A stretch of 64,000 nt of DNA from Dehalococcoidia bacterium (lineage in GTDB: Bacteria; Chloroflexota; Dehalococcoidia; DSTF01; JALHUB01): positions 16,241 to 80,240 of the forward strand of contig JBEKKV010000003.1 of assembly GCA_050010555.1 (NCBI GenBank), given 5' to 3'. The first letter of the stretch is position 1. Each line of letters begins with the position of its first letter. Positions 28,166-38,623 of this stretch are shown here, piece by piece. The notes below the pieces were generated by a model. That model was not told where the DNA came from. It worked only from the letters and a program-made list of their open reading frames with translations, and made no database searches. Made by a program: the position numbers and the translations under genes.

Positions 28166-29584
28166 ATGACGCATAAACAAGACTTCAGGGGCAAGCGGGT
28201 GACGGTGGTGGGGCTAGGCATCGAGGGCGTTGACTTGGCGCGCTACTTGGTGGGCAAGGGTGCGACCGTCACGATCAGCGACGCCCGTCCAGCGGAGCGG
28301 CTGTCGCAGCGTCTGCGAGAGCTGGACGGGCTGCCGGTGCACCTCTCCCTCGGAAAGAACGACCCGGCGGACACGATCGCGGCCGATCACGTCTTCGTCT
28401 CGCAAGGGGTGCCCATGGACATTCCGGCTGTGTCGACGGCACGGGCGCGAGGCATACCGCTGGACTCGATGATGCGGCTGTTCCTGGAGCTTTGTCCGGG
28501 GCCGGTCGTCGGCATCACGGGGAGCAGCGGCAAGAGCACCACGACGAGTCTGGTCGGCGCGATGTTCGCGGCGGCGGGCAAACAACACGTGGTAGGCGGG
28601 AACATCGGCGTCGGCCTGCTGGCGCTTCTCGACGAGCTTACGCCGGAGACGTGGGTGCTGCTGGAGATAAGCCACACGCAACTCGAGCTGACGACGAAGA
28701 GCCCGCACGTGGCCTGCGTGCTGAATATCACGCCGAACCATCTCGACCGCTACTCCTGGGAGAGCTACGTGGACCTCAAGCGCAACATCTTGCGCTATCA
28801 GTCCGCGGACGATATCGCGGTGCTCGGCTATGACAACGCGGTGTCGCGGGCGCTGGCGTCGGAGACGCGCGGGAAGGTGGTCTTCTTCAGCGACGGCGCG
28901 GACCTGCCCGGCCCGGCAGCGCTGGTCATCGACGAGGCGGTGGTGTGGCGAGACGGCGAGTCGGAAAAGCAGGTCATGCCCGTGGCGGAGATTCCACTGC
29001 GCGGGCGTCACAACGTGGCGAACGTCCTCGCCGCGACGGCGATGGCCTCGGCCTGCGGAATCGGCGTCGAAGCGATAGCTGCGGCGGTGCGCGAGTTCAA
29101 GGCTGTGCCTCATCGCCTCGAGTACGTCGCCACCATCGACGGCGTCGCCTATTACAACGACAGCATCGCGACGACGCCGGAACGGACGCTGGCCGGGATG
29201 CGGTCATTCTCGGAGCCGCTGGTGCTGCTGCTGGGAGGTCGCGAGAAGAAGCTCCCGCTCCATGAGATGGCGTCGGAGGCGTGCGAGCGCTGTCGGGCGA
29301 TTGTGGTGTTCGGCGAGGCGAGAGAGACGCTTGTCGCGGCCGCCCTGGCGGCAAACGACGCCGTTGGGTCGAAGAAGCGACCTGCCATCATGGATGTCGA
29401 ATCGCTTGCCGACGCCGTGTTGGCCGCCAGGGCGGCCGCGCGACCCGGCGACGTTGTGCTGCTTTCGCCGGCCTGCACCAGCTTCGATGCTTATGACAAC
29501 TTCGAGGAGCGCGGAGAGCATTTCCGTCGCCTCGTCCTGGAGATGGCGAATCGAGAAGGAGGGACCCACCATAGCGACATCTGA
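28166..29584 (+). CDS. murD: UDP-N-acetylmuramoylalanine--D-glutamate ligase
   Basis: 'VVGLGIEGV' Rossmann start and 'ITGSSGKSTTTSLV' P-loop. Confidence 0.9.
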   Translation: MTHKQDFRGKRVTVVGLGIEGVDLARYLVGKGATVTISDARPAERLSQRLRELDGLPVHLSLGKNDPADTIAADHVFVSQGVPMDIPAVSTARARGIPLDSMMRLFLELCPGPVVGITGSSGKSTTTSLVGAMFAAAGKQHVVGGNIGVGLLALLDELTPETWVLLEISHTQLELTTKSPHVACVLNITPNHLDRYSWESYVDLKRNILRYQSADDIAVLGYDNAVSRALASETRGKVVFFSDGADLPGPAALVIDEAVVWRDGESEKQVMPVAEIPLRGRHNVANVLAATAMASACGIGVEAIAAAVREFKAVPHRLEYVATIDGVAYYNDSIATTPERTLAGMRSFSEPLVLLLGGREKKLPLHEMASEACERCRAIVVFGEARETLVAAALAANDAVGSKKRPAIMDVESLADAVLAARAAARPGDVVLLSPACTSFDAYDNFEERGEHFRRLVLEMANREGGTHHSDI

Positions 29585-29624
29585 GACGACCCGCGTCCGG
29601 CCGGGACCGCCCGATGCCGTCATC

Positions 29625-30761
29625 GTGACGCTTGTAGTCATGCTCGTCACCGTCGGGCTGCTTGCCGTCTACAGCGCCAGCTTCGCGCTCGGCAGCCTGC
29701 AGTACGGCAGCCCGTATTACTTCGTGGCGCGGCAGGCTATGTGGGCCGTCGTCGGCTCGGGCCTGCTCGTCTTCATGATGCGCTTCGACTACCACCGTCT
29801 GCGCGCGATGAGCCCGCTGCTCATGTTTGGCGCGCTCGTCGGGCTGACGGCCGTGCTGGCGCCGGGCATCGGCGTGAACCACAACGGCGCCAGCCGCTGG
29901 ATCGCGATGGGGCCGCTTCCGCCCGTCCAGCCCAGCGAGTTCGCTAAGCTGGCGCTGATCATCTACGTCTCGGCGTGGCTTTCGGGGAAGAGTCGCAACC
30001 TGCGCAGCTTTGCCGCGGGCCTGGTGCCGTTCGTCGTGATGGTCGGGCTCGTGGCCGGCCTCGTCATGCTGGAGCCTGACATGGGCACGACGATAATCAT
30101 CGTGCTCACCACCATCACGCTCTTCTTCGTCGCCGGCGGCGCGTTGAGCCACCTGTTCGCGCTGACGTCGATCGGCGGCGTGACAGCCGGCTTCCTCGTC
30201 CTGACGGGCGGCTATCGGATGGACCGCATCTTCGCCTTCGTCTCGCCGGAAGCCGACCCCGCGGGCAAGGGGTTCCACATCCTGCAACTGCTCATCGCCC
30301 TGGGCAGCGGCGGCGTGACCGGGCTGGGCATCGGGGCCAGCCGTCAGAAGTTCTTCTACGTCCCCGGCGCGCACACCGACGGCATCTTCGCCATCATCGG
30401 CGAGGAGATGGGGTTCATCGGCGCCATGGCCGTCATCCTTCTCTTCGCGCTGCTGATATACCGCGGGATTCGCATAATGCTCAACGCCCAGGACAACTTC
30501 GGCTCGCTGCTGGCGCTCGGCATAACGAGCTGGATTGCCTACCAGGCCGTCATCAACATCGGCGGCATCACGCGGACCATGCCGCTTACCGGCATCCCGC
30601 TGCCGTTCCTGAGCTACGGCGGCTCCGCGCTGGCGGCGACGCTGGCGGCGGTAGGCATATTGCTCAACATTTCCCGCTATTCGAAAGCACGCGCTCCGGT
30701 CAAAGAACGCCGGCCCGTCGCGAAAGCGGCGAGACGCCGGGTTCGAGAGGAAGGAACTTGA
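29625..30761 (+). CDS. ftsW: Cell division protein FtsW (SEDS peptidoglycan polymerase)
   Basis: SEDS 10-TM family. 'VYSASFAL..YYFVARQAMWA'. The start is uncertain: GTG at 29625 gives a short N-terminus, and the listed ORF extends upstream into murD. Confidence 0.8.
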   Translation: MTLVVMLVTVGLLAVYSASFALGSLQYGSPYYFVARQAMWAVVGSGLLVFMMRFDYHRLRAMSPLLMFGALVGLTAVLAPGIGVNHNGASRWIAMGPLPPVQPSEFAKLALIIYVSAWLSGKSRNLRSFAAGLVPFVVMVGLVAGLVMLEPDMGTTIIIVLTTITLFFVAGGALSHLFALTSIGGVTAGFLVLTGGYRMDRIFAFVSPEADPAGKGFHILQLLIALGSGGVTGLGIGASRQKFFYVPGAHTDGIFAIIGEEMGFIGAMAVILLFALLIYRGIRIMLNAQDNFGSLLALGITSWIAYQAVINIGGITRTMPLTGIPLPFLSYGGSALAATLAAVGILLNISRYSKARAPVKERRPVAKAARRRVREEGT

Positions 30762-31849
30762 GAGTGGCTCTCTCCGGCGGCGGCACAGCAGGCCACGTTT
30801 ACCCCTGTCTGGCGGTGGCGTCCGCCCTGCGAGATCGACTCTCCTCGCGCGGGGAGGAGCTTGCGCTGCTTTACCTGGGCATTCGCGGCCGCGTCGATGA
30901 GCAGTTGCTGGCGGGAGAAGGCATCGAGTTCGCACCGGTGCGGGCGAGCGCCTTGCGGGTGCGCTCGCCGCTGCGCTTTGCCGGCGGGCTTGTCGACCTG
31001 GCGCTCGGTGCCTGGCAGGCGCGACGCCTGTTACATCGCTTCCAGCCGCAGGCCGTCTTCGCGACCGGCGGCTACGCCAGCGCTCCCGTCGCGCTCGCCG
31101 CGCGCAGCCTGGGACGGCCGCTGCTCGTCTATCTGCCAGACGTCCGACCCGGCTGGGCAGTGCGCATGATGGCGCGCCTGGCGACCCGCGTGGCGGTGAC
31201 GGTGGAGGGCTCGCTGCCCTACTTCCCGCTGCGAAAGGCGCTCGTGACCGGCTATCCGGCCCGGCCGGACTTCTCGACGGCGACGCGCGAAGAGGGGCTT
31301 CGTCGCCTGGGCCTCGAGCCGGCGACGAGGACGCTGCTGGTAAGCGGCGGTAGCCTGGGCGCGCGCTCGATCAACAAGGCGGTCGCCGATAACCTGCCGT
31401 CTTTGCTGGAATTATGTCAAATCATTCATCTCTCGGGCGCCGCTGACTTCGACTGGCTGAAGCAGCGTCGCGACGCCCTGCCGGACGAGCTGCGGAGCCG
31501 GCATCACCTGCACGCTTACCTGCCGGAGATGCCGCTAGCGATGGCCGCGGCGGACCTCGCGCTCATGCGCGCCGGCGCCAGCACCCTCGGCGAGTTGCCG
31601 CTGGCCGGCCTTCCTGCCGTGCTCGTCCCGGGCGTCTTTTCGGACCAGGCAGAAAATGCTCGCTTTCTGGCCGAACGCGGCGCGGCCCTGGCCTTTGCCG
31701 ACGAGCGGGTTGGCGAGGCCGTCGAAGCGGCGAAGACGTTGCTCCAGGATGACGAGCGGCTGAAAGCGATGTCTGAAGCAATGCGGGCGCTGGCCCGGCC
31801 GGACGCGGCGGACCGGATCGCCGGCATGCTAATGGAAATAGCGGCGTAA
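30758..31849 (+). CDS. murG: Undecaprenyldiphospho-muramoylpentapeptide beta-N-acetylglucosaminyltransferase
   Basis: 'LSGGGTAGHVYPCLAVA' GT28 N-terminal motif. TTG start overlaps the ftsW stop. GAGAGGAAGG RBS. Confidence 0.9.
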   Translation: MRVALSGGGTAGHVYPCLAVASALRDRLSSRGEELALLYLGIRGRVDEQLLAGEGIEFAPVRASALRVRSPLRFAGGLVDLALGAWQARRLLHRFQPQAVFATGGYASAPVALAARSLGRPLLVYLPDVRPGWAVRMMARLATRVAVTVEGSLPYFPLRKALVTGYPARPDFSTATREEGLRRLGLEPATRTLLVSGGSLGARSINKAVADNLPSLLELCQIIHLSGAADFDWLKQRRDALPDELRSRHHLHAYLPEMPLAMAAADLALMRAGASTLGELPLAGLPAVLVPGVFSDQAENARFLAERGAALAFADERVGEAVEAAKTLLQDDERLKAMSEAMRALARPDAADRIAGMLMEIAA

Positions 31850-31851
31850 GA

Positions 31852-33285
31852 ATGACGACGATGACGCAGAAAGAGAAGAGCGCAAAGACGATACCGCAGC
31901 GGGTGCACCTCGTCGGCATCGGCGGCGTGCACATGTCCGCGATTGCGCACATCCTGATGGTCTGGGGCCACGACGTCAGCGGCTCCGACCAGCGCCTGTC
32001 GTCGTTCACCGAGCGCCTCGTCAAGCAGGGCGCGACGGTATCTCAAGGCCACGACGCGTCGAACGTCGACGACGCGGGGCTGGTCGTCATCACCTCTGCG
32101 GCAACGAAAGACAACCCGGAGATCGTCGAGGCGCGGCGTCGCGGCATCCCGGTCATCAAGCGCGCGGAAATGGTCGCGCGGCTGATGGAAGGGCACCGTT
32201 CGATAGCGGTGGCGGGAACGCACGGCAAGACGACCACCTCCGCGCTGATCGCTTTCATGCTCGTGGAAGCGGGCCTTTCGCCGACGTTCCTAGTCGGCGG
32301 CGACATCGTCAACCTGGGCACGAACGCGGCCGCCGGAGGGGGCGAGCACGTCGTCGTCGAGGCGGACGAGTTCGACGCCGCCTTCCTTAGCTATGAGCCG
32401 GACATCGCCGTCGTCACGAACGTCGAGGCCGACCATCTGGATATTTACGGCTCATTCGACAACCTGGTCGGCGCCTTCGCTCAATTCCTCAAGCAAGTGC
32501 CGCCGGATGGCCTGATCATCGCCTGCGCCGACGACGAGGTCGTTGCCGAGCTGCTGGGACGCGGCAAGGGTCCCGCGATCCCCCTTCAGACGCAGCGCGT
32601 GGAACTTTACGGGCTGGATACGCCCGTCGACTGGGTGGTGAGCCATCGCGGGACGCTGGAAGACAGCGGCCAGGAGTTCTATGTGGGGCTGAACGGCCGG
32701 CCGTACGGCGAGTTCCGCATCGGGCTGCCGGGGCGACACAACGTGAGCAACGCTCTGGCGGCGATAGCCGTCGGGCACAACGTCGGCGTGCCGCTAGAGG
32801 CGATGAAGAAGGCGCTGGCGGAGTTCCGCGGCGCCGGCCGTCGCTTCGAGTTCGTCGGCGAGGCCGGCGGCGTAACGGTGATGGACGACTACGCGCACCA
32901 CCCGACGGAGCTATGCGCAACCATCGCGGCCGCGAGGGAGCGCTTCGCCGGGCGACGGCTGGTCGCGGTGTTCCAGCCGCACACCTACAGTCGCACGCTC
33001 TATCTGCTCGAAGGCTTTCGCACTTGCTTCGAGGGGCTCGATGATCTCCTGGTGCTCGAAACGTACGCGGCGCGCGAGCCGGTGGCCGCCGGCATGAACG
33101 CCGAAGAGCTAGCGCGGCAGATCGCCCGTCCCACGACGCGCTTCGTCGCGACGTTCGAGGACGCGGCGGCGGCGGCGCTTGCGATGCTGCGGCCCGGCGA
33201 CGTGTTCTTCACGCTGGGCGCAGGCGACGTGAACGAGGTTGGACCGCTGGTCCTGAAGGGACTACGCAAATGGAAGGCGTCATGA
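31852..33285 (+). CDS. murC: UDP-N-acetylmuramate--L-alanine ligase
   Basis: 'VHLVGIGGVHMSAIA' and 'VAGTHGKTTTSALIA'. Confidence 0.9.
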   Translation: MTTMTQKEKSAKTIPQRVHLVGIGGVHMSAIAHILMVWGHDVSGSDQRLSSFTERLVKQGATVSQGHDASNVDDAGLVVITSAATKDNPEIVEARRRGIPVIKRAEMVARLMEGHRSIAVAGTHGKTTTSALIAFMLVEAGLSPTFLVGGDIVNLGTNAAAGGGEHVVVEADEFDAAFLSYEPDIAVVTNVEADHLDIYGSFDNLVGAFAQFLKQVPPDGLIIACADDEVVAELLGRGKGPAIPLQTQRVELYGLDTPVDWVVSHRGTLEDSGQEFYVGLNGRPYGEFRIGLPGRHNVSNALAAIAVGHNVGVPLEAMKKALAEFRGAGRRFEFVGEAGGVTVMDDYAHHPTELCATIAAARERFAGRRLVAVFQPHTYSRTLYLLEGFRTCFEGLDDLLVLETYAAREPVAAGMNAEELARQIARPTTRFVATFEDAAAAALAMLRPGDVFFTLGAGDVNEVGPLVLKGLRKWKAS

Positions 33286-34217
33286 CAGGCGTGAACGAGA
33301 GTCTGATCGAAGAGCTGCGAAAGGCCGGCGGCGTGCGACTGAACGAGCCGATCTCGCGCCACACGACGTTCGGGATCGGCGGTCCGGCGGACATCTACAC
33401 CATCGCCGATGATGCGATGCAGCTAAAGACGATGGTCACCCTTTGCGGCCGCCACGACGAGGCGTTCTTCATCCTCGGAGCGGGCAGCAACATCCTCGTC
33501 AGCGACAAGGGTATCCGTGGCGTAACCATCGAGAACCGGGCGCGGGCGCTAGAAGGCCCGCTGGCGGAGGAGGACGGTCATGCCATCTTCCGCGTAGAAT
33601 CCGGTGCCAGCTTGGCGGCGACGGCGCGGGAGCTTTCCCATCGAGGTTTCGCCGGGCTGGAGTGGGCCGGCGGCATCCCCGGCACGATCGGCGGCGCGGT
33701 AGTCTACAACGCCAGCGCCTACGACGGCAGCGTAGCGGGGATCCTGCAGGGCGTCGGGATGCTCAGCGGCGACGGTCTGGAGTACGAGTTGGCCGTTGGT
33801 GAGTTGGGTCTGGGCTATCGGGAGAGCGCTTTCACCCGCAAGCTGTTCACCGGCCACGTGATCCTCCGCGCCAGCCTGTTGCTCCACCACGCGGACGCCG
33901 GCGAGCTTTCGGAGCGGATGGAGGAGCTGGACAGAAACCGGCAGGCGGCGCAGCCGCGCGGGCGAAGCGCCGGCTCCATCTTCAAGAACACACGCGAGTA
34001 CCCGGCCTGGTGGCTCATCGACCAGGTCGGGCTCCGAGGCTATCGCCTCGGCGACGCGGAGTTTTCGACCAAGCACCCGAACTTCATCGTCAACATCGGC
34101 CGGGCGACGGCCATGGATGTCCGGCGGCTCATGGAGCTGGCGGAGCAGCGGGTAGCGGACGAGTTCTCGATCAAGCTGCTGCCGGAGGTGGCGCTGCTGG
34201 GAGAAGACCTGACGTGA
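33282..34217 (+). CDS. murB: UDP-N-acetylenolpyruvoylglucosamine reductase
   Basis: FAD-binding PCMH domain ('TTFGIGGPAD') and C-terminal MurB domain. ATGA overlap with murC. Confidence 0.85.
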   Translation: MTGVNESLIEELRKAGGVRLNEPISRHTTFGIGGPADIYTIADDAMQLKTMVTLCGRHDEAFFILGAGSNILVSDKGIRGVTIENRARALEGPLAEEDGHAIFRVESGASLAATARELSHRGFAGLEWAGGIPGTIGGAVVYNASAYDGSVAGILQGVGMLSGDGLEYELAVGELGLGYRESAFTRKLFTGHVILRASLLLHHADAGELSERMEELDRNRQAAQPRGRSAGSIFKNTREYPAWWLIDQVGLRGYRLGDAEFSTKHPNFIVNIGRATAMDVRRLMELAEQRVADEFSIKLLPEVALLGEDLT

Positions 34218-35299
34218 GCGGAGCAGGCGCTCGGAAGCTCAGACTGGGCGTCATATTCGGAGGGCGCAGCGGAGAGCATGAGGTGTCAGTGGTGTCGGCG
34301 CAGTACGTGATGGCGGCGATAGACCGCAGCCGCTTCGAGGTCGTGCCCATCGGCGTGACCAAGAACGGCGCCTGGCTGACGCCGGAAGAGACGCAGTCTC
34401 AGATGGACGCGCCGGCGGCCCCGTTCAAGAAGACGCTCGTCGGCGAGGCCGAAGGACTCCTGGGACGGCCGCAGGCGCTGTCGGTGCTGACGGACATAGA
34501 CGTGGCGTTTCCGCTGATCCACGGGCCCAGCGGCGAGGACGGCACGCTGCAAGGGCTGCTGGAGCTAGCGCGCGTGCCCTATGCCGGCGCCGGAGTGGCG
34601 GCCAGCGCGGCGGGGCTGGACAAGGCGCTGATGAAGGCGCTCCTTCGCGACGCCGGGCTGCCGGTCATCGACTGGTTGGTGATGACGCGCCCGCAGTGGG
34701 CAAAGGACGCGGCAGACCTGACGCAGAGAGTCGAGGCGGAGGTCGGCTATCCCTGTTTCGTGAAGCCGGCGAACGGCGGCAGCAGCGTCGGCATAACGAA
34801 GGCCCACTCGCGCGAGGAGTTGACGAGCGGCATCGCTTGGGCATTCCGCTTCGACCGCAAGCTCATCGTCGAAAAGGGCGTGGAGCCGCGGGAAATAGAG
34901 TGCGCGGTGCTTGGCAACGACGAGCCGGAGGCGTCGCCGCTTGGCGAGATCATCTGCGGCCGCGAGTTCTATGACTACGAGGCGAAGTACCTCGATTCGT
35001 CGACGACACTGTCGATACCGGCGAAGTTGGCGCGCGACAGGTCGTCGCGAATTCGGGCGCTGGCCCTCGACGCCTACCGCGCCATCGACTGCTGCGGCAT
35101 GGCGCGCATCGACTTCTTCCTCACGCCGCAGGACGCGGTCTTCGTTGATGAGTTGAACACCATACCAGGCTTCACGCCGGGCAGCATGTACCCGCGGCTC
35201 TGGCAGGTTGCCGGACTCTCGTACTCCGAGCTGATAAGCCGCCTCGTCGATCTGGGACTGGAGCGATTCGAGGAGAGGGAACGCCTTGCGCAAGGATAG
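34214..35299 (+). CDS. ddl: D-alanine--D-alanine ligase
   Basis: 'KLRLGVIFGGRSGEHEVSVVSA' and an ATP-grasp C-terminal half. GTG start overlaps the murB stop (GTGA). GGGAGAAG RBS. Confidence 0.85.
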   Translation: MSGAGARKLRLGVIFGGRSGEHEVSVVSAQYVMAAIDRSRFEVVPIGVTKNGAWLTPEETQSQMDAPAAPFKKTLVGEAEGLLGRPQALSVLTDIDVAFPLIHGPSGEDGTLQGLLELARVPYAGAGVAASAAGLDKALMKALLRDAGLPVIDWLVMTRPQWAKDAADLTQRVEAEVGYPCFVKPANGGSSVGITKAHSREELTSGIAWAFRFDRKLIVEKGVEPREIECAVLGNDEPEASPLGEIICGREFYDYEAKYLDSSTTLSIPAKLARDRSSRIRALALDAYRAIDCCGMARIDFFLTPQDAVFVDELNTIPGFTPGSMYPRLWQVAGLSYSELISRLVDLGLERFEERERLAQG

Positions 35300-36047
35300 T
35301 CGCAGGCAGATACAGCGCCGGGATGCGCCGCGGCTCCGAGAGAGAATAAAGCGCGGTTTGAAGCGCCTGGCGCTGCTGGGCGTGCTCGTCGGGATTTTGG
35401 GCGCCGGCTGGCTGGTCTACCAATCGCCTTTGTTCCAGATCAGGACCGTATCCGTAAGCGGCGCGGAGACGCTGGACCCGGCGATGCTGGCGAGCGTCTC
35501 CGGCCTCAAGGGCCAGAACATCCTCCAGGTGAACACGGAAGCGGCGAAGCAGCGCCTGCTGGCCCTGCCCATGGTGGCGGACGTGTCGGTGCAGAAGAAG
35601 TGGCCGGGCAAGATTGTAGTGAATGTAACGGAGCGGCACGCCTGGGGCTACTGGCAGATCAAGGACCAGACGTACGTCATCGACGACCAGGGCGTGGTCC
35701 TCGATGACGTACGCCCGGACGACGGCGCGCCGACGATCGTCGAGATAGACAGCGAGCGACGGTTGGCCCCCGGCGACCAGGTGGATGCCGACGCGGTCGC
35801 GCTCTCGAAGCAGCTTATCGATGAGGCGCCGAGCGCGTTGCAGCGAAACGTGGTCGGCCTGGAGTATAGCGATCACAGCGGCCTCACGGTCTCATTCGAC
35901 GGCGGCCTGCGGGCGACTTTCGGAGACAGCCGTGATCTCGATTACAAGCTGAGCGTCCTTTACGTGCTGCTGGACAAGGCGCAAACGCAGGGACTGGCCG
36001 TCAACAGCGTCGACCTGCGTTTCGGCGAGACGGTTTCGTTCCAGTAG
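35286..36047 (+). CDS. ftsQ: Cell division protein FtsQ/DivIB (POTRA domain)
   Basis: N-terminal TM anchor, POTRA-like region and a beta domain. Lies in the ftsQ position. TTG start. Confidence 0.75.
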   Translation: MRKDSRRQIQRRDAPRLRERIKRGLKRLALLGVLVGILGAGWLVYQSPLFQIRTVSVSGAETLDPAMLASVSGLKGQNILQVNTEAAKQRLLALPMVADVSVQKKWPGKIVVNVTERHAWGYWQIKDQTYVIDDQGVVLDDVRPDDGAPTIVEIDSERRLAPGDQVDADAVALSKQLIDEAPSALQRNVVGLEYSDHSGLTVSFDGGLRATFGDSRDLDYKLSVLYVLLDKAQTQGLAVNSVDLRFGETVSFQ

Positions 36048-36104
36048 CGGGACCCAAGAGGGGGCGATATCGCGAGAGGCGCGCCCAGGGAAGGAGGAAC
36101 CAGG

Positions 36105-37346
36105 ATGAGAGCGGACACCTTCGCCTCAGTTGACGTTGGCACTACGAAGGTCTGCACCGCCGTCGCAGAAGTCGGTGACGAAGGGGCGATTCGCATTCTC
36201 GGCGTCGGCGTTGCGCTGGCCGGGGGCTTCAGTCGGGGCATGGTGGACAACATCGCCGAGGCCACGCAGTCCATCCGCGACTCCGTCGACAAGGCGGAGC
36301 GCTCCAGCGGCACGCGCATCCTTTCCGCGCACGTCGGCATCACCGGCTCGCACATCCAATCGTTGAACAACCGCGGCATCGCCGCCATCGCCGACCGCAA
36401 CCATCCCATCGGCAGCGAAGACGTGGAGCGCGTGCTGGAAGGGGCGCGCGTCATCAACATCCCGTCGAACCGCGAGGTGCTGCACGCCGTGCCGCGCTAC
36501 TACGTCGTCGACGGGCAGGACAGCGTGAGCGACCCGCTGGGAATGCACGGCCAGCGCCTGGACGTCGAGACGCACATCGTCACCGCCTCGACGAGCGCGA
36601 TGCAAAACCTGACGAAATGCGTCGAGGGCGCCGGCGTCGAGGTGGAAAGCCTGATCCTCGAGCCGCTCGCCAGCGGTGAGGCGGTGCTGGAGGAGGAGGA
36701 GCGGAAGCAGGGCGTCATCGTCGTAGACATCGGCGGCGGAACGACGGGGATAGCCGTCTACCTGGACGGGAGCGTCTTTCACACGTCGGTGCTGCCGGTC
36801 GGCGGGAACCACATAACGCGCGACCTGGTCGCCGGGCTGCGCTGCCCCTACGCCGTGGCGGAGGAGGCGAAGGCGAAGTTCGGGCACGCCATCCCGAGCA
36901 TGGTGGACGCCAGCGAAAGCGTCGACCTGGACTGCTTCGGCTCCGAGCGCCAGAAGAGCGTCCCGCGGCGCCGGCTGTGCGAGATCATCCAGGCCCGCTG
37001 CGAGGAGATCCTGGAGATGGTGATGAGCGAGGTGAAGCGTACCGTGCACGACGACATCCTGTCGGCGGGCGTGGTGCTGGCCGGCGGCACGGCAAAGCTG
37101 CGCGGCCTCGATGTCCTCGCCGAGCAGGTAACGGGCCTGCCGGCGCGGATCGGCGTTCCCCGCCATCTGCAGGGACTTTCGGAGACGCTTGCCGACCCCG
37201 CCTACGCAACCAGCGTCGGGCTGCTGCAGTGGGCGCTGAAGGAGAACGGCACGCTCTACGGGAGCCAGCGCCCCGGGCCAAGTCTGGCCTTGAACGGGCT
37301 GTGGCGTCGGGTGAGCCAGTGGATGCGGGTGCTCATGCCTGAGTAA
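36105..37346 (+). CDS. ftsA: Cell division protein FtsA
   Basis: Actin-like ATPase. 'SVDVGTTKVCTAV' and 'VVDIGGGTT'. Confidence 0.9.
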   Translation: MRADTFASVDVGTTKVCTAVAEVGDEGAIRILGVGVALAGGFSRGMVDNIAEATQSIRDSVDKAERSSGTRILSAHVGITGSHIQSLNNRGIAAIADRNHPIGSEDVERVLEGARVINIPSNREVLHAVPRYYVVDGQDSVSDPLGMHGQRLDVETHIVTASTSAMQNLTKCVEGAGVEVESLILEPLASGEAVLEEEERKQGVIVVDIGGGTTGIAVYLDGSVFHTSVLPVGGNHITRDLVAGLRCPYAVAEEAKAKFGHAIPSMVDASESVDLDCFGSERQKSVPRRRLCEIIQARCEEILEMVMSEVKRTVHDDILSAGVVLAGGTAKLRGLDVLAEQVTGLPARIGVPRHLQGLSETLADPAYATSVGLLQWALKENGTLYGSQRPGPSLALNGLWRRVSQWMRVLMPE

Positions 37347-37385
37347 GGCATTCGATTCGATAGGAACGAGCGAAAGGAGGCGACG

Positions 37386-38471
37386 GTGACAGCAAGAGAG
37401 GATCTGGACAAGCTTCCCCCGATCAAGGTTATGGGTGTCGGCGGCGGCGGCGGCAACGCGCTGAGCCGGATGATGGCGGAGAACATCCCCGGCGTGCAGT
37501 TGGTGGCCGTGAACACGGACTCGCAGGCGCTCGCGCATACGGACGCGCACGTCAAGATCCGCATCGGCGACCGGCTGACGAAAGGGCTGGGCGTCGGCGG
37601 CGATCCCAACAAGGGCCTGCGCGCCGCCGAGGAAAGCCGTGAGGAGCTCTTCGACGCCGTGAAGGGCGCGGAGATGATCTTCATCACCGCCGGCATGGGC
37701 GGCGGCACGGGCACGGGCGCATCGGCCATCGTCGGCGAAGTGGCGCGCGAGGCCGGGGCGCTGACCATTGGCGTCGTTACCAAGCCGTTCTCCTTCGAAG
37801 GCGCAAAGCGTCGAATGCAGGCGGAGGACGGCATCGAGCACCTGCGGGACAAAGTGGACACGCTAATCGTCATACCAAACGACCGCCTCCTTGCCGTTTG
37901 CACTCCCGACGTGTCCGTTCCCGAGGCCTTCCGCGTTGGCGACGAGGTGCTCAGGCAATCGATTCAGGGTATCTCGGAGATCATCACCGTGCCCGGCGAC
38001 ATCAACCTCGACTTCGCCGACGTGCGCAAGATCATGGGCGAGGCCGGGCAGGCGCTGCTCGCTATCGGGCGGGCCAGCGGCGAGAATCGCGCCATTGAGG
38101 CCGCGCGGGCGGCGATCACGAGTCCCCTGCTCGACACGAGCATCGCGGGCGCGAAGGGCGTGCTGTTCAACATCACCGGCTCGCGCAGCATCGGGCTGCA
38201 CGAGATGAACGCCGCCGCACAGGTAATCGCGGAGGTAGTGGACCCGGACGCGGAGATAATCTTCGGCACGGCCACCGATCCGGACCTGGGCGACGAGATA
38301 AAAGTGACCGTCATCGCCACGGGGTTCCAGCCGGCGCGGATGCTGGAGCAGGGTTTGGAGGAGGCGTTGGGTCGCGAGCACAGGCTGCGGCCGCTGCGGG
38401 TAGAGAACCTGAAGAACGTGGGCGATACGGACCTGCCGACCTTCCTGCGTCGCACCGTCTCGTTGCGGTGA
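37386..38471 (+). CDS. ftsZ: Cell division protein FtsZ
   Basis: Tubulin signature 'GGGTGTGA' and 'IKVMGVGGGGGNA'. GTG start with AAAGGAGG RBS. Confidence 0.95.
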   Translation: MTAREDLDKLPPIKVMGVGGGGGNALSRMMAENIPGVQLVAVNTDSQALAHTDAHVKIRIGDRLTKGLGVGGDPNKGLRAAEESREELFDAVKGAEMIFITAGMGGGTGTGASAIVGEVAREAGALTIGVVTKPFSFEGAKRRMQAEDGIEHLRDKVDTLIVIPNDRLLAVCTPDVSVPEAFRVGDEVLRQSIQGISEIITVPGDINLDFADVRKIMGEAGQALLAIGRASGENRAIEAARAAITSPLLDTSIAGAKGVLFNITGSRSIGLHEMNAAAQVIAEVVDPDAEIIFGTATDPDLGDEIKVTVIATGFQPARMLEQGLEEALGREHRLRPLRVENLKNVGDTDLPTFLRRTVSLR

Positions 38472-38577
38472 GGCGCTAGAGGGAAATACCAAATGAAAGG
38501 AGGGTTCTGTCTAGCCGAGCAACCACGAGCCCCGGCTGATCCGGGATTTTGAAGGTTGCCTCTCGGATGAGGCAATC

Positions 38578-38623
38578 GGTCGCGGTCGGTGATAGGGAGA
38601 TGCGCCGACCGCGACCACTTTTT
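38578..38623 (+). terminator. Rho-independent terminator downstream of ftsZ
   Basis: Perfect 12-bp inverted repeat GGTCGCGGTCGG / CCGACCGCGACC with a 15-nt loop, followed by ACTTTTT. Two smaller hairpins precede it, at about 38531-38550 and 38556-38575. Confidence 0.55.
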
